DNA of 64,000 nucleotides from Camelus ferus (GCF_009834535.1 NC_045696.1:48672001-48736000); one strand, 5' to 3'; numbered from the stretch's first letter, positions 12,740 through 25,195 are shown. The notes: generated by a model not told the origin, from the sequence alone. Made by a program: numbers and translations.

Positions 12740-13210
12740 TCATTCAATTAATTCACAACCTTTATTAAGCACCTACTATGTGCCAGGCACTATTCTCAGC
12801 ACTTGTGATAATTCAGCAAAAAAAATTAATAAATAAACAGATAACAATCTAGTCTCTTAGAACCTAACTTCTAGGTTGAGGGTTAAGAGAAGATAATGAC
12901 TCTGGACCTGATAAATAAGTAAATTAAATAATTATAAGAAAGTGATAAGCACTGTGGAAGAATGTAACCTGGAACAGGGTAATATGGATTAGACACGTGA
13001 GGAGGGTCAGCTTGCAATATTAAGCAAGCAGCGCAAACTTCATTGAGAAAATGACATTGAAACAAAGATTTGAAGAAGGTGAGGGGGTTAGCATGTGAAT
13101 ATCTGAGGAAACAATGTCCCAGGCAGAAGCAGCAGCGTGTATATGCCCTGCGGCAGAAGCACACCCTAACAGCCTTAACCGTAAAAGGCTTGATGTGCTT
13201 TTGTGTTGAA
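12740..13210 (-). mobile_element. L2 LINE 3' fragment
   Basis: 'tttattaagcacctactatgtgccaggcactattct' and 'gtgacattgaaacaaagatttgaagaaggtgaggg'-like core motifs. Confidence 0.9.
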
Positions 13211-13457
13211 CTGGCCTCAGGGTTAAAGAACATGTGAGCATTACTAAAGCTTACTGACTCTTCTAATTGCTCAGTGACTGCCTAAAGTGCTTAACTTCAG
13301 TCATCAGTGTTTTGTCCATTATCCCCCTAGAGCTTCTGCAGTCCCTTTGTAGGGCTCAGATGCTGTAATTCCCAGGAGACCACTGGGAATCTACTTGCAT
13401 CTAATTTAAGGTCCACTAACAACTTACCAAAACTGAATGAACCCATTCAGTTGAATA

Positions 13458-14339
13458 TGTGTGGTAGACAGAATAATGGTTCCCCAAAATGCCTACCTCC
13501 TAATCCCCAGAACCTCTGAATATGTTACCTTACCTGGGAAACGGGACTTTGCAGATGTGACAGAGTTAAGGATCTTGAGTTGGAAGATTATCCTGTATTA
13601 TTCAGGGAGGATCAACATAATCACATGGGTCCTGATAAGAGGGTCCTGGGCAGGTCAGAATCAGAAGGAGAGATTTGAAGTGCATGTTGCTGGCTTTGAA
13701 GATGAAGGCAGGAGCCAAGAACCAAGGGATACCGGCAGTCTCTAGAAGTTGAAAAGGCACGGAAATGGATTCTCCCCTACAGCCTCCGGAGGAACGTTGA
13801 TTTTAGAAATTTTGATCTCCACAACTGTAAGAATAAATTTGTGTTGTTTTAAGCTGTGAAATTTGTGGCAATTGGTTATAACAGCACGTCATGAAAGGCC
13901 ATCAAGGTGTGACTGCTAGCTGACCCTTGAGCTGGATCCAGACAATTGGAGGCTGCTCACCCCCTCCACTGCCCTTGGAATGTGTGTTCCATTTGCCTCC
14001 CCTACTCTCAGACACTGTTCCAAGGAAACAGCCTTGAAATGGAAATGTGGATTTGAGGCTCTCTGGACTGTGGATGTGACTGGACCCAATTAAAACCTCT
14101 GTATAAACTTTTAAGATTCTGGTAGGCAGGCATGGAAATCCACTCATTTTGCAGCTGCCCAAGAAAAGCCCCATAAGCAAGTTCCCTTGCTTACCAAACC
14201 TGCCACCTTCCAATCTAAAGTGGTCTGCCCTTTTCTTCCCATGGCTCCCTGCCCTCTGTGTATGGGGGCCGGTTTCAGATTACACCTGGGAAGCTCCGGA
14301 GGCAGTTGCAAAGCAACACAGCAATAGGAAACAAACACA
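13458..14339 (+). mobile_element. MLT1D-like MaLR LTR, interrupted near its 3' end
   Basis: 'tgtggtagacagaataatgg...gggactttgcagatgtga...aataaatttgtgttgttttaagc'; the terminal 'ataggaaacaaacaca' is displaced to 14324-14339. Confidence 0.9.
13887..14318 (+). mobile_element. ERV solo LTR (432 bp) nested in MLT1D
   Basis: TSD cagca at 13882-13886 and 14319-14323; ends 'gcaaca'; TATA-like 'gtataaa' near 14101. Confidence 0.85.
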
Positions 14340-15039
14340 GAATGTCATTAGTTTGGATTCCTTTGCCCTGGGGAGCCCCAATCCTATAGTCCTGAAGATC
14401 AGGAAGGACTCTGAGATCTGCAGATTTGGGTAAAAGTTAAAGACCAAAGTTTTCTCAGTGCCCCCTTGACTTTTCTGAAGAGCAAACTTACAGCTCATAG
14501 AAACTGTTTCCCAGATTTATCAGAAACCCTCCGTACCTCATGCCGGGTGCTGCAAGTTTCCAGGGATGCCCCAACTCAGCCCAGACCTCTAATGTAACTC
14601 AAAAAGTTTGATTGCATATAGATTGACCTTGGTTTATAGGACGTCAAAGAATTATTCACGTCATTGCCTTTTTTCTCTATATACTATATTGTTCTCCTAT
14701 TACCTTGACAAGGCTGATGCTTTTAATATGCATTGGCAGATTTTAGAAGACTCTTCTGTTTCTAAGACTTATAGTTCTGAAATATGGGTAATAGTTTGAG
14801 AACATTTGTATTCTAGCTTATACATTCAAGGTAGGATGCACCATTATCTATTGATAAAATAACATAATGACTACAACAGAATAGATTCTAGTCTTAGCCC
14901 TTTTGAAGATTGTGTAGCCTTGAACAAGTCACTTCACCTTGCTGTATCACTCTATAAAAAAATGTAATAATCCTCAAGGTTATTAAGAGAATGAATGTTC
15001 TGAGAGACCTGGAAAAAGAGCTCAGAGGTAGGATTTCAT

Positions 15040-15215
15040 AACTATTTAAAATATAAATTGTTGGAACCGGAAAGCACCTTAGAAATGAAATGGTCCAAGA
15101 CTCATTCTATGGGTAAGGAGACTTTTGGACAGAGAGAGACAGTGATTTACATTCCCTCACATAGCGGGTGAGGGACAGGTACAGAGTCATGTAGCCAGTG
15201 GAGCCTGGATCTCTT
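15040..15215 (-). mobile_element. MIR/MIR3 fragment
   Basis: 'ggaaagcaccttagaaatgaaatggtccaa...ctcattctatgggtaaggagact...cagagagagacagtgattt'. Confidence 0.55.
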
Positions 15216-15699
15216 AGTGACATCCTAGGCGACATTCATTTTAACATCCATTGTTTTTTCAACAGAATCCAAAGTCCTCAAAAGAATAAGCAGAATTCTT
15301 CAAGCCTTTATTACAGCTTTCTTTCCTAATACCCCATCAACATTCCGTAACCAATAAATTGCCACTTCACTAAGGCTAACAGTGGGGATGGTGCCCTTTG
15401 GGTGAGCCGTTTCCTGTACTGATGAGCCTGGATGAAAAAGGAAGTAGAAACAAGAAGGTTTTGAATAAGCAACTTTTAAAGTATATGAAAACAATGATTT
15501 CCTTCAATTTTGGTTTCCTTATTTCTGGCTTGAAAAGTTTTTATGTTATTCAGCTTTTGCAAGTATCATGCAACAAATGGTCACTCATGTATGCATATAG
15601 TTTTCCTCTAATTTCTCTTTACCTAATCAGAAACTTTGAAATAATTTTGGCATCATAACCTGATGGTTATTTCTCTTCAGAAAAACAGGGAGAATTCCA

Positions 15700-16217
15700 A
15701 GAAGCTTAAGGATGTGGACAGAGAAAGAAATTGTTCCATAAATGACAAATAAGAAATAGAGAGATTTTCCTGAGCACCTTAACTCATGCTATTTGCCTTC
15801 TTAAACATGGCTCTGTGCAGAAAAAAAGGATTTCTGAGAACCCTATATGACATGAATGGGGTAGGACCGAGTAGATGTGAGCCTTGGGTCCAGAGTCAAG
15901 GCAAGGAACGAAGCCATCAACAAAGCTGCAAAACAAAAGAAGTGAAATAGGAGAATCACCAGGCCACATAACTAAACTTGCCCCAAGGGTGCAAAATCAT
16001 GCAATATGCAGGTAGGAATCAATGCCTAATCATTGAAATACTCCAGTAAAGAGAAAATCATTGTTGGAATATCATTTGGGTTGGACACGTGAATCCACTG
16101 TTGGTGAGAGTTTTTTAACCTCTATAGTTGGCTTAGTTTGAGTCCACAGTGTATCTGCCTTAAAGCAACATTGGGGGTGTATTTGATACCACTCAGTCCT
16201 CCACATCTAATATGACA
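15700..16217. mobile_element. Possible very old LTR remnant
   Basis: LTR-like composition ending in 'cctccacatctaatatgaca'; no family recognised. Confidence 0.25.
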
Positions 16218-16987
16218 GAAGAAAGACATATTTTTTGCGATAGGTAGTCTTATGAATAAAAGTTTCCCAGCCTCTTTTGGTACACAGTACATACTCTTGC
16301 CTTAGTATTAAGAAATATGAAGAAAGTGTCCTGCCCTTTATGAAATTCACAATTGGTAACTCAGTGAATATGTGCTTTATTGCTTTCCTGAGAGAGGATT
16401 TCCATGGTTTACAAGACCTTGAAACTTCTGAGATAGGGGATTTTTATTTTTATTAATATTGAGAAATGTCACCACTATTATGTTTTTATGGTTGGATCCC
16501 TGGTGATTATCCATTATCATTACAGACACAACAATTTCATGCTGTGCCACTAACATTTTCAAACACCTGAATTACCATAGGAGTTGTGTAAGGTCCTAAG
16601 AGCCACGGGAAAATGTGTTTCCTTTTTTTGTGACTAATAACAGTAATTTTATATTTAAAAAAAATGTGGAAGCCAGGTGTGTAAAAACAAGGCACAATTT
16701 ATAGAACTAATAAAACCTTGGTAAACATGACATTATGACCCCACTCACAAGTGTGATGAAGACACTGGGCTAAATTTTCAAAGCAGTATTTTAGAAACTT
16801 TATTCTAATCAGGTTTTTTAAGGTTTAAACACCTATGGTAAGTGCCCTGTGTTGTGAATTTTAAGCGTCCTTTATGCCTTTAGTTTTGGGGATTCTTTAG
16901 TTCTGAATTGCAGCAAGCCAACTAAGCCATCGATTCTTTAAAAATGGATTAAAGAAGGAAGGAAAGAAAAGAGGAAGGAAATTATAA

Positions 16988-17103
16988 ACACCAAATCTGC
17001 CTACCCCTTGATTTTTGGGCTTCCAGCCCCAAACCTGTGAGAAATAAACATTTGTTGTTAAATCTATGGTATTCTATGATAGCAGCCTGAACTGACTAAG
17101 ACA
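16988..17103 (+). mobile_element. MLT1A-like LTR 3' fragment
   Basis: 'cttccagccccaaacctgtgagaaataaacatttgttgtt...tagcagcctgaactgactaagaca'. Confidence 0.8.
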
Positions 17104-17871
17104 AATGTCTACATCAGTGAAGATTACCTGTGTAATATCCCTGGTAATTGAGCAGTATTCCTGAAGGTAGTTACCTAAGTAAGAATAGATTGCTTAGGTA
17201 CCTCACCTTGTAATAAGGTATACATAGCTTTAGGTAAAGGCAACACCAAATGTTTTTCTATGCTTTTTTCCTAGGTTAAATTCCGTAATTAATTTAAAAA
17301 TAAGTGGAATTGTACAGAATTTCTAATAGCTGATTGTTTTTGGCCTCTTAAAAAACAAATTTTTATGCTTCAAACTAATTACTGTACTCTCAATTTTAAA
17401 AATCTCTTTAATAGTTTCTTTATAGACAGGCCACCTAACTTTAAGAATTCAATTTAGACTTTTTTTAAAAGAAGTCAAATGCCTACCTTTACCTCCACAC
17501 ATACCAACAACTTTAACACTTTCTTGATTCTAGAAGAGATATGTGATATAAAACTAATTCAACCTAATTCAATGCTTTACTTCAAACCAATATCATCAAT
17601 TGACTAAAAGCCACAAAGATATTAGATGAAAAACTTGCTATTAAAACCACATACAGTGACTCCTATTCCATGACTCTATCTACAAAACACACTGAGCAAT
17701 GTGGCCATGATGGATCTCATTAGCTAGGTTTCTAGTAATGGACATTAACTTGGTCATATGTAAAGTGAGATAGCAATAGAGGGAAACAATGCATCTCTAA
17801 CTAAATCAGTTACTAAATACTTTAGTAAAAGGCTACCTTTTTTGTTTTAGTTTTCATTGATAGTTTCTAAA

Positions 17872-18193
17872 TGTTGACCTGAAACAAATAGACTCCAGAT
17901 ATTGCTCCAGCAGAGGTGGGTTTATTCAGGATCAGCAGAGAATTGCAATATGGGGTCTGCCAATATGGTGAGCCACATGCAAATCCCCCCATGGCAAGGG
18001 AAGGCTAATAGTTTTATCGGGAGGAAGAGGAAGTCAGGAGGGCTGTAGTAAATGAAGAGTCCATGGCTTTTCATTGGCTGAGTCCTGACCAGGAAAGAAG
18101 AGGAGTCTGTCTTCTTCCTGTTGGGCTCTGTTATCCTTGCCAGGTATGAGAATGCCCCCTTCAGTCTCCCAACTCTATTTAATCGGAGTTACA
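17872..18193 (-). mobile_element. ERV LTR fragment
   Basis: Begins 'tgttgac' (the minus-strand CA end); minus-strand AATAAA ('gggtttatt') and CCAAT ('attgg'); no clear TSD. Confidence 0.65.
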
Positions 18194-18351
18194 TAGGTAT
18201 CTGTGTGCTGAATCTGAATGTGGTTCATGATCAAAAAAGTTTGAAAGCTACTGCTTTAAAGGGAAATTAGCATTATGAAATAACTAGATTTTAAGGACCA
18301 ATTATTTTTTCTATTGAGTTGTAGGAATTCCATATATATATATATATATAT

Positions 18352-18462
18352 TTGGGGGGTGGGAGAGGGAGAGGTAATTAAGTTTACTTATTTATTTATT
18401 TTTGGAGGAGGTACTGAGGATTGAACACATGCACTCCACCACTTGAACTATACCCTCCCCCC
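18352..18462 (-). mobile_element. Camelid tRNA-Ala-derived SINE (Vic-1-like), internally deleted
   Basis: Reverse complement reads GGGGAGGGTATAGTTCAAGTGGTGGAGTGCATGT-GTTCAATCCTCAGTACCTCC followed by an A-rich tail; the anticodon arm is missing; TSDs at 18293-18309 and 18463-18479. Confidence 0.85.
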
Positions 18463-18794
18463 AAGGACCAAATGTTTTTATTAATACATCCTCACCCAGA
18501 GAAGGGAAATAGAGCTTACTGTCACCCATATCAGTATCCTAAGAAGAACAAGTGATAGACAGAGTGAGACTGTATTAATATTAGCCAACATCCATGGCTG
18601 TAGAATTTGCAAGAAAATGATGGAGCTGGAACAGGATTTTGTTATCCTTTGCAGAGGTCGTGTGCCCTTGAGAAAAAGAGCATCAAACAGAAAGAGCTTA
18701 AAAAGGGACATTAGGAGAAAAATAATGAGAAAAGGTGGAGAGAGAATGAGTTTGAGCAAAGAAGTACTCATGTGCGTGTCAGTCTCCCACCACC

Positions 18795-18821
18795 ATACAC
18801 ACATGCACATGCCCATGCATG

Positions 18822-18853
<32 letters not shown>
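18795..18853. repeat. (CA)n microsatellite with a degenerate left part
   Basis: Pure CA run at about 18826-18853. Confidence 0.95.
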
Positions 18854-18856
<3 letters not shown>

Positions 18857-19195
18857 AGAACACACTCTGTTCTAGCCCTGAACTATCAGGTCATCTCTGG
18901 AGAAGTATAGACAATGCAGAAATGTTTATCCATAGGTGTTTGACAGGATACAGTGTTATGCAAGACCAGAAAGGAAGGAACGTGGGCATGAAGAGAATGT
19001 CCATCCTCAGACCATGAGCAAACTGATACATTTCCACAGGATAGATAGAAATTTTTCCTGAGCACAGACAGAAGTTTACACAATGAGTTGCATGAACAAG
19101 TCTTTATCACAGGAGTCTAAAATGTTTAAATCCAGTAGCAGTTGTGGAACTCAGAATAGTAAATTAGCAACTCTGTAAGTCTGAGAATTGAGAGG

Positions 19196-19653
19196 TGTTA
19201 TGGTCTGAACTGTGTTCCCCCAAATTCATATATTGAAGTCCTAGCACCTCAGAAGGTAACTATATTTGGCGATAGGGCCTTTAAAGTAGTAGTTAAGGTT
19301 CCATGAAGTCATATGCGTAAGCTCTAATCCATGTGACTGCATTTGGAGATAACGTCTTCAAAGAAGTGATTAAATTAAAATGAGTCCAATAGGGTGGTTC
19401 TCTAATCTAACATGACTGCAATTCTTATAAGAAGAGAAAAAGACACCAGGGATACACATGTACAGAGAAAAGACCACGTGAGGATATAGTAAGAAGACAG
19501 CTGTTTATCAGCCAAGGAGACACACCTCAGGGAAACCAACACACCTGCCTTGATCTTGGACTTCAAGCCTCCAGAACTGAGAAAATTAACTTCTGTTGTT
19601 TAAACCATCCAATCTGTAGTATTTTGTTATGACAGCCTCAACACACTGATGCA
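19196..19653 (+). mobile_element. MLT1B-like MaLR solo LTR with internal duplication
   Basis: 'tgttatggtctgaactgtgttcccccaaattcata...cttggacttcaagcctccagaactgagaaaattaacttctgttgtttaa...'. Confidence 0.9.
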
Positions 19654-20629
19654 AGAAAACAATAAGCATAAGAGAGAAATGACAAACAGTATGAAAAGTA
19701 AACATTGTAATATTAAAAATATTGAACATTGTAGTTTGATCATTGAAATAGTATGTTTCATATTCTTGAAAAATAATTTGCTTCTAATTTTATTACCTTA
19801 TACACAAAATAGAAAATTTGAAGTAATAACTCTTTTTTTTCATTGTAAGGGGTATTTTCACACTATGCCTGTAAGCCATAAGTGTTTTCAAGGTTAAGAG
19901 GTAATGCACTGTGTGTTAATTGTATTTAGTCTAGATATTTCTTATTAAGTGTTGGAAAACACTTGGGAGTAACAAAGCTAAATCAATTTCTTGTATTGGC
20001 TCATGTTGACATTTTTGACAAAGATAAATTGGCTCCTTTTATTAATGAAAAACATTTTCAAAGTAAATAAAATAATCTTGGTCTTTGTGCAGCATATATA
20101 GGATGTGCAAGGAGAAGTGTTTAAGACCTTCAAAATCTTTTCCAAAAATATCAGCGTGGATCAGGTACTTTAGAGTTTTGTTTTATTTTTTCTTGTTTCT
20201 TTCACTGACAAATAAGAGAAGGACTCTCGATGTACACTTTTAAAATGAAATTAATATCCATGAACATGTTTATTCACATGTGTGCATAAATATGTTTCAC
20301 TTTTTTCTTCAGGGCCACAGATCCATTCTTTCTGTAGTTCCCATTATAAGATTATCTATAAAATAAGCAAAATCAGTATTTTGCCATCTAGACCAGTTAC
20401 CAATTTTTTATTAATAGAGCATCTGTCATAATATGTTTGATGTCATGCCATAGTCATTCTAATAGGAATTGGATAAACAGGGAAAGGAGTATCCAGGTGG
20501 CTCCAGGCCCTTCATCTACATTGATCAACTTCTTAGATTTTCCTATTCTCCAATATAGGTTACTATAATATTATGTGAGCCAAAATTAAAACTATTTGGG
20601 AGAAGGAAGCTAAAAGTTTTCAAGTTTTT

Positions 20630-20790
20630 AATATGACCAGGCCCTGAAACCACGTGGTATATTTATTCTAATTTAATTTTTAGAACAAGCTTTATGAAGT
20701 TGGGTCAATACTCTCATTTTACAAATGAAGAAACTAAAGAAGAATTAACAAACTTGGACCCTGATCTGTTGGATTCTAATGTTTATGTTT
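20630..20790 (-). mobile_element. MIR fragment
   Basis: 'ctcattttacaaatgaagaaactaaag'. Confidence 0.65.
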
Positions 20791-21849
20791 TTTATGACAT
20801 TTTTGAAGGTGAGAAATGCCATTATAAACTCAAGAGCACTAAATTAAACCATAGTTACATTTAATCTGTTTAACAATTTTGTTTACCATTCAACTCTATA
20901 CAAGGCAGTTCTAAATTTCCTCACCTTTCAAATGAGGAGGGAATGCTCTCTCAGTGACCCCACAAGAATTCTGTGAGTTTCATGGGGTTGCTTCAGGGTA
21001 GACCGTGTGCAGTTGTGGTATCTCCAGCCTTTAAACAAAATAGCTCCTCTTTGATTTTCTTTGCATATGAGCTTCCTGGTGAAAAAAAATATATTTCATT
21101 GATGTGAAGAACAACAGGTTTGAAACAGGATGATTTCTAAAAGGCCCTCCATTTGTAACATGAATAAGTGTGTATGAATAACATACAGTGGCTGACTTTA
21201 AATACAAAATTCCTTAAGGTTAGTACATGACTGAGGACTATACAAATGCTCACAGTGGCTGGGAAAGCAGCTCCCCGACTCTGAGTCCTACCTGGCCCAG
21301 GACAGGGGACTCTGTCTGCTCTGGGGAATGCAGGAGCCTCTCTTCAGTTTTATTGTCAACAAAGTACACACCCTGGACTTCCCTTGCTCTAAAAAGACTG
21401 TTAGAGCCCAATGTTCTGACATTTAAAACTTAATAAATGTAGACACAGAGTACGATTTTTACATAATTTAAATCTCCATCTTATTAAAAATAAAATTTTA
21501 AATAGAGAGGGGAACGGAAAGAGACACTCAAGCACCTAAAAGATAATAATGAGAGAAACAAAATGAACTATTGGCTGCTTTTTCTCATAAATTACTCTTC
21601 TATAAAAAATAACTTTATGAAGAAAATATATAGCACTCTTAAATTACCTTTACTTTCCATTTTGCGAGTTATTTGGACGTGAGGAGCTAATGGATAAGGG
21701 CCCCACATTAGGAACCAGAGGCGGGATGGGCATAGGAGTCAGGCAGGTGGAGGTGAAGTGTCAAGTCGCTACTGACAGAGCTGTTGGCGTGCATGTCTTT
21801 AGGCTCACTAGCCAAAGGGGCCTGCTGAGAGCTTACTCCTAAGTTAGCC

Positions 21850-22950
21850 CTTCATTTTCAGTCATAGTCACTGGTAGTTTGGAACATCCTCCCACCAACT
21901 GCTTCACCCCACAAAATCACTTGATCCTGGAAAACTTACTGCCTGGTCTTAGGCAGAAGAGTAATATATATTTTCTTCAGGCAGACTGATCCTTCTCCCA
22001 AACTCACCTGTCAGAATCACTATTTCCTTTTCAGAGGCAAGGAGGGAGAAGACCACTGACAAGGACTTGTAAAAGTCAGTTGATCAAGTGATTTTTCCTT
22101 CTTGTTTTTTAGGGCCTCTTCCATGGTGGGTGCTATTGGTGGGTGTTAAACGTACAAAAATATTCACACTTTGTGTCCTGTATACTACATTCCTCTCCCC
22201 AACATTTCCTTATCTTCAGTCTTTTAATTTTTTTTTCTTTCCAGGCCCCTGAATAGCTAACAAAGTCTTTGACTCCTCTTCAGGAATCCATATATAGTCT
22301 CACCTCCAGCCATTTTTTTTTCCTTAATTGAGGAGGACCTAGTAAACCATTTGCAGCTTTGCTCATTGGGAAAATGTGCCCAGCTCTACTCTTTTTCAAG
22401 GCCATCCCTCAATATTACTGCAATGCAGACACCACCCATTTTTGGCTTGTACTCACATAACAATCCAATGCATTCTTAAACCAAGCAGGGACTTTTTCCT
22501 TTTCCTTCAGCTGGTTATTCGAGACCCTTTTTCCATATAGCTACAGGGGAGAGGCAGGTGTGTTACAGTGACTGGTACTGTGTGGAGCTGGGCTGCCTCT
22601 TGTGCAGCTTACATGTTCCCTCTATTTCTGCTTGAGTACAGTATAGCAGTTGTGCTATTTCCACCTTCTGGTGGACTGCTGGTGCATCTGTCCATCTTAA
22701 TGACACAGCAAGGCTAGCTGAAGATGGCCTTTCTGCTGAGCATTCCAGAGGCACATTCACTTAGTGTTTCATGGTTGCATGTTCTATCTCTACCAGGACC
22801 CAGTTAAAGGCCAGAAGCTGTTTCTCAAAAGTCAAACAATTCTGTTACAAACGGCCTATTCTTGCTTCTGAACTCCAGGGGCCTGGGTTGGAATTCTTTC
22901 ATTGGAGATTGCTATAAACTCCACACTATCTTCCCACTATCGGCACATTG
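21850..22950 (-). mobile_element. ERV-L internal region: decayed pol (RT connection/RNase H)
   Basis: Minus-strand translations VWSL*QSPMKEFQPRPLEFRSK, TFEKQLLAFNWVLVEIEHATMKH*V, NQLKEKEKVPAWF and WLEVRLYMDS* match ERV-L Pol motifs (RPLGFWSK, PFEKQLLACYWALVETE, AWFTDGS, WPDVRLYTDSW); stops and frameshifts are present. The left boundary is weak. Confidence 0.85.
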
Positions 22951-22954
22951 GAAG

Positions 22955-23255
22955 AGGGAGAGAGAAAGAGTGGGCAGGGAGAACACTCTGACTGTGATGC
23001 GTGTCTCACGCTTGTGGGAGAGGAGGGGAGGAAGGATTGGACAGAAAGAGCCGCAGAATGTAGCACAGCTCTGGGAATGTTCTCACATGCAAGGGTAATG
23101 GTCTGGCTCTAGTATCCCCTGCTGTGCTCAGTCTGGAAACAGCCTGGATAGCTTTGGTGAATGCTTTGGGGTTAAGGAATGGCCACCAGACCTGTCACCC
23201 CCTGCAAGGTCTCCTGAAAAGATATGTAAGGTAGTAAGGTAGTAATGTCCCCCAC
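22955..23255 (-). mobile_element. LTR16-like ERV-L LTR fragment
   Basis: 'gggcagggagaacactctgactgtgatgc', 'ggaaggattggacagaaagagcc' and 'cccctgctgtgctcagtc'; adjacent to the ERV-L pol fossil. Confidence 0.65.
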
Positions 23256-23887
23256 ATTAAACATTAATTTGTTAACTTGTAGAAATTACATTATAGAGTC
23301 TTCTCAGAATTAGAACAAGGCCCTAAAATATAAGGTCAATGACAGATTTGGGGATATAATTTAAGATGATAGAAGAACATCAGACTGGGAGTCAGGAGAA
23401 TTGTGCTTGGGTTCTTGTCAGGTGTCCAAGCCACTCAGCTCCTCGGCAGCTGCACTTTTTCTGTCAATTAAATGAAGATAATAGAGTTGAAAATCTCTTA
23501 TTTAAAGCTATCATTAAAGAAAAATCACTAATGGGAAAAAATTCAATGATTTATTTATGTCCTGTATATTTTATTTTTATGTAAACAAATAAACAGAAAA
23601 CCAAAAAGGCACATGCAATCACAATCTTTTGAACTAGGGGCCATATGTTAGAGCTATGTTCACTGCATTTGGAATTCTGCCTTTTTTATTCTTGTAATCT
23701 GAGCTCAGAATGCATCTAATTTTTAATCAATGTTTCCCCTAATCTTTCACAGTTGTTTGCCTACACCTGATTTCACAGCAAGGCTTTAGCAACTCAGCTT
23801 TACTTAAACAGTCCCAAGAATTCAAGGAATTTTCATGGAAACTGGCACTGTTTGGTTTTTGGTTTTGTTTTTGTTTCTGCAGTCCGA

Positions 23888-23942
23888 CCATAAAGTCAAA
23901 AAATTTTAAGTTGAACCATAGCAAGTCAAGAATCGTCCTTAT
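23888..23942. mobile_element. Tigger (TcMar) terminal fragment
   Basis: 'ccataaagtcaaaaaattttaagttgaaccatagcaagtcaagaatcgtc' resembles the Tigger4/Zombi end after CpG decay; followed by TA. Confidence 0.65.
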
Positions 23943-24239
23943 ATAGTCATAATATATAATGCATAATATATAAAATATTGTATATATAAATAATATAACA
24001 GGATCATAGAATGTAATAAGAACAAATCATAGAATGTAACTTCCTTGCTTAAAACCTGCTACAGGCTTTCCACTCAATGGAGACAAGCCAGCCCTTGGTT
24101 TGTCTGCCTGCCTTCTGCACTTACCTCACAATACAATCTCCTGGACCTGTATACTCTAGCAACTGGAGACTTAATTCTGCTCCTCAAGTACAATGAATTT
24201 ACTTTTGTCTCAGAGACTTCATCCTTCCTGACTGCAGTA

Positions 24240-24520
24240 ATGTGGGGACCAATGGTTTGTGCACAAAAACTGTGAGTATCACTGTTGGGCTAAGACAGGT
24301 AAGAGCCAATGTGTCTTCTCCATCTCTCTCTCCAGCTTGGAGATCATGTGTTGAGATGACTGTCACAGCTGGGTGAACCCTGTTTTCTAAGTCAAAGCTC
24401 TCCCACCAACCTGCATCACATTTTGTAAGAAGGAAAGGTAAACTTTTGTGCTAAGCCATTGAGATTTCTGAAGGCTTCTTTATTGTAGTTGCTTGGTGTC
24501 AATTACATTGACTAATAAAA
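24240..24520 (+). mobile_element. Old MaLR LTR (MLT1I/J-like), preceded by an L2 fragment at about 24040-24225
   Basis: 'aaacttttgtgctaagccattgagatttctg...cattgactaata'. Confidence 0.55.
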
Positions 24521-25009
24521 TAAGCAACTTATTTCTCCAATTAGCAGAGGAAAATGAGCCTAAAGAAAGTTTCCTTCTACACCTCCATCAGAAACGCATA
24601 ATACATTTCGCTCCTCTGCCTACTCCAGAACTCACTCTGTGTGAAGACCTGATAATCCTTTATATTTGCTTAACAAGTTAGAATTTACAAAGACTATTCA
24701 TACATATTATCTATTGTGACCTTCATCAGAAAGCCAGGGTGATGAATGACATCAAATATCCTGTGTAATGCACCTAGTTTCCAACGGAGAACTCCTCAGT
24801 CCACTATAAGTATGTGTATGTGTGTATGTAATGTTAAAAATGTATAAATAGACATATACTTATATATTTAAATTGAATTGTACCTCAGCAAGGCAATGAA
24901 ATTCTGATTTTTTCCCTCCTGATCTGATTTCTAAAGCTCTTGCCTAGAGTACCAGTGATTTATAATCTCCAGCACACAAGATAGCTGAAGGTTAGGAACA
25001 CTGGGGTTT

Positions 25010-25195
25010 TACTGTGGAAAGAACGGGGGTCTGAGAGTCAGAAGACATATGGGTGAGTCTTGCCTGTAAACATGCTAGTTGTATGTCCTTGACCCACTCA
25101 GCTATTGTCCGTGGGTCTCAGTTTCCTTGTCTGCGAAAAAAAGGTGCTGGAAAAAATAATCCTTAATAACCTTTATGGTTTAAAATGTTATACTT
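25010..25195 (+). mobile_element. MIR SINE
   Basis: 'gagtcagaagacatatgggt...ctagttgtatgtccttga...tctcagtttccttgtctg'. Confidence 0.75.

Noticed and set aside
18481..19017. Overlapping ORFs with HT/CV repeats
   Set aside because: The repeat runs come from the (CA)n microsatellite.
22003..22011. Perfect minus-strand donor CAG|GTGAGT
   Set aside because: Lies inside the ERV-L fossil, and I found no convincing paired acceptor.
24003..24039. 14-bp direct repeat atcatagaatgtaa (similar short duplications at 63217-63256 and about 38823-38848)
   Set aside because: Ordinary local slippage duplications with no further structure.
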